Below are positions 7,244 through 11,063 of a stretch of DNA of 11,063 nt, piece after piece. How positions within the stretch are numbered: position 1 is the first letter of the stretch; each line of letters begins with the position of its first letter. The stretch is from a virus. Lineage: Duplodnaviria > Heunggongvirae > Uroviricota > Caudoviricetes. The position numbers were made by a program, and so were the translations under genes. The stretch covers positions 1 to 11,063 of IMG/VR virus record IMGVR_UViG_3300006226_001702. One strand, written 5' to 3'. A model generated the notes under the pieces. That model was not told the DNA's origin and searched no databases. It saw nothing but the letters and a program-made list of their open reading frames with translations.

Positions 7244-7262
7244 ATATCTCTTACCTCCTAAG

Positions 7263-7292
7263 AACCCACTAGTTTTTCTAGTGGGTTTTTTT
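7263..7292 (+). terminator. Rho-independent terminator
   Basis: Perfect 10-bp stem AACCCACTAG / CTAGTGGGTT, 5-nt loop, and a T run at 7286-7292 downstream of the 6187-7203 gene. Confidence 0.9.
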
Positions 7293-7300
7293 ATTGGTTA

Positions 7301-7310
7301 ACTAATTATT
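7301..7310 (+). promoter_or_regulatory. ACTAATTATT variant abutting the ATG at 7311; putative late promoter, leaderless
   Basis: One mismatch to ACTAAATATT. It lies between the terminator and the ATG, so the neck gene probably needs its own promoter here. No SD. Confidence 0.55.
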
Positions 7311-8516
7311 ATGGCTAAAGATGCACATACATATTTAATGCAAAGTGACCCAGATGAAATTTTGAATCACTGGTATTCAATGGGTCAAATCATAGTAAAT
7401 AAAGACACAAAATACTACGCAAAAGATTCCGTTATTAGAGTAGATGCTTCTGATGGCGATTGGCTTTCTGGTGCTCCGTTGCATAACACAATTCTATATG
7501 TAGCGCATCCATATCAAGTTGATAATGAACTTCGTAAAACTATTGATTGGTCAATAATGCAAATAGATGATATCGTTGGTCAATACACTGCATTAGAAGG
7601 AATAATGGTTCCATACTTTGTAGTCCTTCCTGCTAAGTGGCGGGCTGATTTTATGCCTGATAGAAACTTTCTTCCATTTAGTAGTCCAAACGTTACTATT
7701 GATAACGGATGTATAAACATAGATGATGATGAACTTGAAACGATATTGACAGCAATTGGTTTTCCATTCGTTACATTCACTGATACAGAATTAGCAAAAA
7801 ACGAGATAATCAAATATTGCATTCGTCCCGCTATGCAACGTTATTTTACATTTAGACCAATAATTGAAGAACAGGCTGGTATAATGATGCAGAAGGGTTC
7901 AGAATTTGCTGTTGAGTTTCCAGTTGATGCTTATGCCTGCATTCCATATTACACAGTACCTGGAGGACAAGGTGCTGGTATGGGTGGAAGAATGCAACCA
8001 TTTGCTTTTTACAACGAACAAATGATGTATGGTGGATTGGGCGGAATGGGCTATGGCGGCAAATTTGGTAGAGGTGTTCGTTACACTGGTAAGCAAGTTC
8101 CTGGATTTGTTGGACTTGACTGGAGAAACTCACTTCTTTCACAAATGGCAGCTAATCAAGGATTTCTAAACTTTTTTAGAAGAGAGAAATACACACGCAA
8201 AAAGATAAATGGAAAGCTTTATGCAACTGGTTTTAGCACAATAGGTGGCAGTCTAAACTTCAAATGGCTAAAAGATTCCAGAAATTGGGATGATATTAGA
8301 TATGAGGATTTAGAAGTCATAGCTCGTCCAATGGCTAGAATAGAAGTGTTAAACAATTTTGCTATGATTAGACAGCTAGTTAAGACTGATATAGCAGGCC
8401 AATTAGATGCTTCAGTGTTACAAACGAGAGCAGAAAAGCTAGAAGATAAAGTCAACGAGATAATCAAATCAATTGGTCTCACTGGAATTTTAAGCACAAT
8501 GAGAGGTGGCGGGTAG
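7311..8516 (+). CDS. T4 gp13-like neck / head-tail adaptor protein with an N-terminal extension (401 aa)
   Basis: DELETILTAIGFPFVTFTDTELAKNEIIKYCIRPAMQRYFTFRP matches the gp13 N-terminal 'IL..LG.P....e....I..A...y' pattern. AGQLDASVLQTRAEKLEDKVNEII matches the gp13 C-terminal helix. Confidence 0.7.
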   Translation: MAKDAHTYLMQSDPDEILNHWYSMGQIIVNKDTKYYAKDSVIRVDASDGDWLSGAPLHNTILYVAHPYQVDNELRKTIDWSIMQIDDIVGQYTALEGIMVPYFVVLPAKWRADFMPDRNFLPFSSPNVTIDNGCINIDDDELETILTAIGFPFVTFTDTELAKNEIIKYCIRPAMQRYFTFRPIIEEQAGIMMQKGSEFAVEFPVDAYACIPYYTVPGGQGAGMGGRMQPFAFYNEQMMYGGLGGMGYGGKFGRGVRYTGKQVPGFVGLDWRNSLLSQMAANQGFLNFFRREKYTRKKINGKLYATGFSTIGGSLNFKWLKDSRNWDDIRYEDLEVIARPMARIEVLNNFAMIRQLVKTDIAGQLDASVLQTRAEKLEDKVNEIIKSIGLTGILSTMRGGG

Positions 8517-8528
8517 TTAATATAACTA
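8514..8528. promoter_or_regulatory. Inverted repeat TAGTTA-ATA-TAACTA, 1 nt before ATG 8530
   Basis: Read directly; related to 4095-4109 and 9683-9697. Confidence 0.45.
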
Positions 8529-8529
8529 C

Positions 8530-8988
8530 ATGTCAAATTATAAGACTTTAAGCAACGCAACTAATGATGTCATTAGGCGTGAGGATTTAGGTTGGACCAA
8601 TGTCTATGATTTAGAATGTTTCTGTAAAGAGAAAAACTTATCAAATCAAGATATGGATAGAATAATTGATATTGCTTTTAATATGTGTATCAATGCATCT
8701 AGAATTTTTGAATACACATTTGAAGAAAAAAGAGACCAATTAGAAGAAGAATTACGAAACGAAATTGAAAAAGAATTGAGATATGAAATAGAAGATGAAA
8801 TTGGCCATGAAAAATGGGCTGATGGATTTGAATCTGGAAAAGAAGAAAGATTAGAAGAATTAGAAAAAGAATTTGAAGAAAAACACAAAAAAGAATTGGA
8901 AGAAACTCACCGATTAGCATATAAAGAAGGTTATATTACTGGAGTTAATTGGGAAGTTCCAAAATTCACAGAACTTAGAAAAATATAA
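8530..8988 (+). CDS. Hypothetical Glu/Lys-rich coiled-coil protein (152 aa)
   Basis: Clean ORF in the + strand gene run. Acidic helical C-half with G/A-xxx-G motifs (DGFESGKE, AYKEGYITG). No family assigned. Confidence 0.8.
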   Translation: MSNYKTLSNATNDVIRREDLGWTNVYDLECFCKEKNLSNQDMDRIIDIAFNMCINASRIFEYTFEEKRDQLEEELRNEIEKELRYEIEDEIGHEKWADGFESGKEERLEELEKEFEEKHKKELEETHRLAYKEGYITGVNWEVPKFTELRKI

Positions 8989-8999
8989 GAAGGAATCAA

Positions 9000-9452
9000 A
9001 TGGAAAAATTAACAGCACAAGAATTTGAGCTTTGGTCAAAAGGCGGGATTGATAATAGTGACGTCTTTTTTGTTATGATTAAAACAGCATCTTGTCCAAA
9101 GTGTGTGGCATTAGAAAACGTAATTAAGAAACATGAATTTGATGGAATTGGAATTAAGGCTTATGTTTATCAACCATCAGAAAAAGTTGCAGCTGCAATA
9201 ATGTCTAACTTAGAAGTTATGTCAGTTCCAACTATGATATTTAGACACAAGCAAGAAGGTTGGAAGTTGGATAAAATTGATTGTTCAGATCATGATGATT
9301 TTACTAATGAATTTGAAGCTATTAAGACTAATGATAGACTTTTCTTTGAAGATGAACCAAACAAATTAAGCCTTTTAGATTTGATATATGGTGAAGAAGA
9401 CCCAGAAGCTAAAAAGAATCGTGAGCTACTAAAGCGGGCTATTACTAAATAA
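9000..9452 (+). CDS. Thioredoxin/glutaredoxin-like protein (CPKC; 150 aa)
   Basis: SD AAGGA (8990-8994). Beta strand FFVMIKT followed by CPKC, a helix and the cis-Pro motif MSVPTMIF. Acidic C-terminal extension. Confidence 0.8.
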   Translation: MEKLTAQEFELWSKGGIDNSDVFFVMIKTASCPKCVALENVIKKHEFDGIGIKAYVYQPSEKVAAAIMSNLEVMSVPTMIFRHKQEGWKLDKIDCSDHDDFTNEFEAIKTNDRLFFEDEPNKLSLLDLIYGEEDPEAKKNRELLKRAITK

Positions 9453-9460
9453 ATAAGGAG
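9444..9460 (+). promoter_or_regulatory. ACTAAATA motif (9444-9451) plus SD AAGGAG (9455-9460) for the 9468 gene
   Basis: Read directly; the motif overlaps the last codons and stop of the thioredoxin-like gene. Confidence 0.5.
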
Positions 9461-9467
9461 ATAAACT

Positions 9468-9671
9468 ATGGCCCAGCTTTTAAGAGAAGTAACTGGCGAT
9501 AATAATAAAGAAAAACAACCAGTACAAAAAGAACACTTAGTTGAAGTAATGGATCGTGGGAATGTGCAACAATTATCTCGTGCTGAATTAGAACAAATGA
9601 AAGAACGAGAGGATATTCGCATTTCTGACCAAGGTGATAAAGCAACAGTTTTACACAAATTACGCGGATAA
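9468..9671 (+). CDS. Small hypothetical protein (67 aa)
   Basis: Strong SD 7 nt upstream, hydrophilic protein-like composition, fills the gap between neighbouring genes. Confidence 0.8.
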   Translation: MAQLLREVTGDNNKEKQPVQKEHLVEVMDRGNVQQLSRAELEQMKEREDIRISDQGDKATVLHKLRG

Positions 9672-9682
9672 TTCTAAACTCA

Positions 9683-9731
9683 AGTTAATATATAACTATA
9701 ACAAAGATATGTGACACATATCTTTTGTGTC
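9683..9731 (+). promoter_or_regulatory. Exonuclease leader: AGTTA-ATATA-TAACT (9683-9697), palindrome AAAGATATGT-GAC-ACATATCTTT (9703-9725) and alternative hairpin GACACA-N7-TGTGTC (9713-9731)
   Basis: Base pairs checked by hand; lies just upstream of SD AAGGAG (9738-9743). Confidence 0.55.
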
Positions 9732-9752
9732 GTTTTAAAGGAGTTTAAACTA

Positions 9753-10736
9753 TTGGTATACGATGTCATCATTATTGATACTGCAAATCTTTATTATCGT
9801 TTAAAGAAAAATTCAAAGAGTTCAATAGATATTATTAAAAAAATTAACAACTTCATTGATGGTGAAGTTAAATCTAAATTAAATCCAAATGGAACATTAT
9901 ATTTTCTATTTGACCCGATTTCTTATTCTGATTTAGATGAGTCTAAAAGTTTCTATTATTCGTTAAATGAAAGAAAACAGTTATTGCCAGATTATAAATC
10001 AGGTAGAACTTATTCGCCATTATATTTAGAAACTATCGAATTATTGAGAAAATATTATCTTTATAGAGGTGATAAAATTAAGCTCGTCTATTCTGACCAA
10101 TTTGAAGCAGATGATTTTGTTGAACCCATTTTAGACATGCATCAACATGAAAGTGTTGCTTTAATAAGTACTGACTATGATTTAGCATCATATATTAGTA
10201 ATAACCCAATAGTCCACTTAATAAATGACAGTTTCAATAAACCTTTCACTGTTGAACAATTTGAGAAGTTATTTCAATTCAAACCAACAATAGCAACTAA
10301 TACAATGTTTAAGGCGTTATTTGGAGACAAGAGCGACAACATAACTGGAGTCCTTCAAATTAAGAAAGTTAAGTTTAGTAACAATATTAAAATTCTTTGT
10401 AAAGAGTATCTACAAGAATTATCAGCAAAAAATACGACATTAAATGATGCTGTTGAGCAATTCAAAACAGCAACATTCTTAAAAATAAATGACATTAAAG
10501 AAAAATCAGCATTTGATCATCTGTATCTTAATCTATCAATTGCTGATTTAAAAGTTCCAGTGTTTTCACAATTACATACGAATATTAAGATAATTAGGTC
10601 GGCTTTAACTGGACAAGATATTGAAAAGTTTACGCATTCTAATCCAATAAATAATTCAATAAATGATGTAATTCATAAATCTATTTACGGAATACCATTT
10701 TCCAATAGTTTCGGGAGAGTTGTGAATGTTAAATAA
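9753..10736 (+). CDS. 5'-3' exonuclease / flap endonuclease, T4 RNase H / PolA N-terminal-domain family (327 aa from TTG 9753)
   Basis: Conserved motifs IIIDTANLYYR, FLFD, RKQLLPDYKSGR, EADD, STDYDL and LFGDKSDNITGV. Start moved from GTG 9711 to TTG 9753 because SD AAGGAG lies 9 nt upstream and the preceding 14 codons overlap the palindromic leader. Confidence 0.92.
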   Translation: MVYDVIIIDTANLYYRLKKNSKSSIDIIKKINNFIDGEVKSKLNPNGTLYFLFDPISYSDLDESKSFYYSLNERKQLLPDYKSGRTYSPLYLETIELLRKYYLYRGDKIKLVYSDQFEADDFVEPILDMHQHESVALISTDYDLASYISNNPIVHLINDSFNKPFTVEQFEKLFQFKPTIATNTMFKALFGDKSDNITGVLQIKKVKFSNNIKILCKEYLQELSAKNTTLNDAVEQFKTATFLKINDIKEKSAFDHLYLNLSIADLKVPVFSQLHTNIKIIRSALTGQDIEKFTHSNPINNSINDVIHKSIYGIPFSNSFGRVVNVK

Positions 10737-11063
10737 TTCATTGATTTTAATATTTTTTCTGAAATAGGTTTATTAGCAATAGACCTTCCAATTTTTTTCC
10801 GTGATATTCCCAATATTTGTTCTGCTTCATTTATTGACTTAAAAATTTGTCCTGTTTCATTACAGATAATTTGTTTACAATTTATATTTTTTTCTTTATG
10901 AGTTATTGAACTTTTTCTTCTTGCTTCTTCAGAAACAATATAGCCACCATTTTTTAATCTTGTTTCTTTTGCTTTTTGTGCTTTATTTAAAAAATATTCT
11001 TTCGGATAATTTTTCACTTTTTCTTCAGCTGCTTTTTTATAATTTTCTAATGATTCTGTAGAT
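10685..11063 (-). CDS. C-terminal part of a probable homing endonuclease (NUMOD3-like plus NUMOD1 DNA-binding modules); 5'-truncated
   Basis: The frame stays open past the GTG at 11017 to the window edge (...STESLENYKKAAEEKVKNYP...). VSEEARRKSSITHK is NUMOD3-like; KQIICNETGQIFKSINEAEQILGISRKKIGRSI is NUMOD1. The nuclease domain (GIY-YIG or HNH) is not visible. Overlaps the exonuclease 3' end by 52 nt. Confidence 0.75.
   Translation of the reverse strand, partial: STESLENYKKAAEEKVKNYPKEYFLNKAQKAKETRLKNGGYIVSEEARRKSSITHKEKNINCKQIICNETGQIFKSINEAEQILGISRKKIGRSIANKPISEKILKSMNYLTFTTLPKLLENGIP

Noticed and set aside
7580-8560. ORFs 7580-7822, 7852-8142, 7899-8096 and 8219-8560 (all -)
   Set aside because: Antisense shadows of the neck gene, with no motifs or SDs.
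8700-8960. FliH-like assignment or tandem repeat in the acidic protein
   Set aside because: Only two GxxxG-type units, and the GAA richness reflects Glu codons, not a discrete DNA repeat.
8646-9658. ORFs 8646-8888, 8699-8920 and 9290-9658 (all -)
   Set aside because: Reverse complements of GAA-rich coding sequence give Phe/Ser/Leu-rich pseudo-membrane ORFs.
9468-9671. Ubiquitin-like look of the 67-aa protein (RISD...KATVLHKLRG) and the RGGG end of the neck protein
   Set aside because: The small protein ends in a single Gly and lacks the alternating hydrophobic strands of a beta-grasp fold, and no E1/E2/JAB genes are in the window. Probably coincidence; a structure prediction would settle it.
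9711-9752. GTG 9711 as the exonuclease start
   Set aside because: No SD, lies inside the palindrome, and adds 14 aa before the family's usual first strand. TTG 9753 has a well-spaced AAGGAG.
1-11063. CRISPR array, tRNA/rRNA, intron or intein, IS element
   Set aside because: No regularly spaced repeats, cloverleafs, split conserved genes, intein termini or transposase motifs were seen by eye.

Overview
AT-rich (roughly 30% GC by eye), densely coding DNA read with the standard code. It looks like part of a large contractile-tailed (jumbo/T4-superfamily-like) phage genome. No host or taxon can be assigned from the sequence. The left two thirds are virion morphogenesis genes on alternating strands. 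These are a >1236-aa gene that runs off the left edge and is missing from the ORF track (it has a P2 gpI/T4 gp7-like baseplate wedge segment), a possible gp25-like wedge protein, a gp26-like hub/assembly protein with an overlapping small gp51-like frame, an InlB B-repeat-like probable decoration protein and a gp13-like neck protein. The right third holds an acidic hypothetical protein, a CxxC thioredoxin-like protein, a 67-aa protein, a FEN/T4 RNase H-like 5'-3' exonuclease and the C-terminal NUMOD3/NUMOD1 part of a probable homing endonuclease. The most interesting unexplained signals are non-coding or recoding. (1) A candidate +1 programmed frameshift (UCC-UUU-C) could fuse the gp26-like and gp51-like frames. 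(2) Two recurring motifs (ACTAAATA and AGTTA-Nn-TAACT) abut start codons that lack SD sequences. (3) An antisense 10-codon micro-ORF with a perfect SD reads on the + strand as an anti-SD in a structured 3' UTR. (4) A stand-alone NUMOD1 gene heads the hub operon. (5) Two mutually exclusive hairpins sit just upstream of the exonuclease SD. All family assignments come from motif recall by eye, not database searches.
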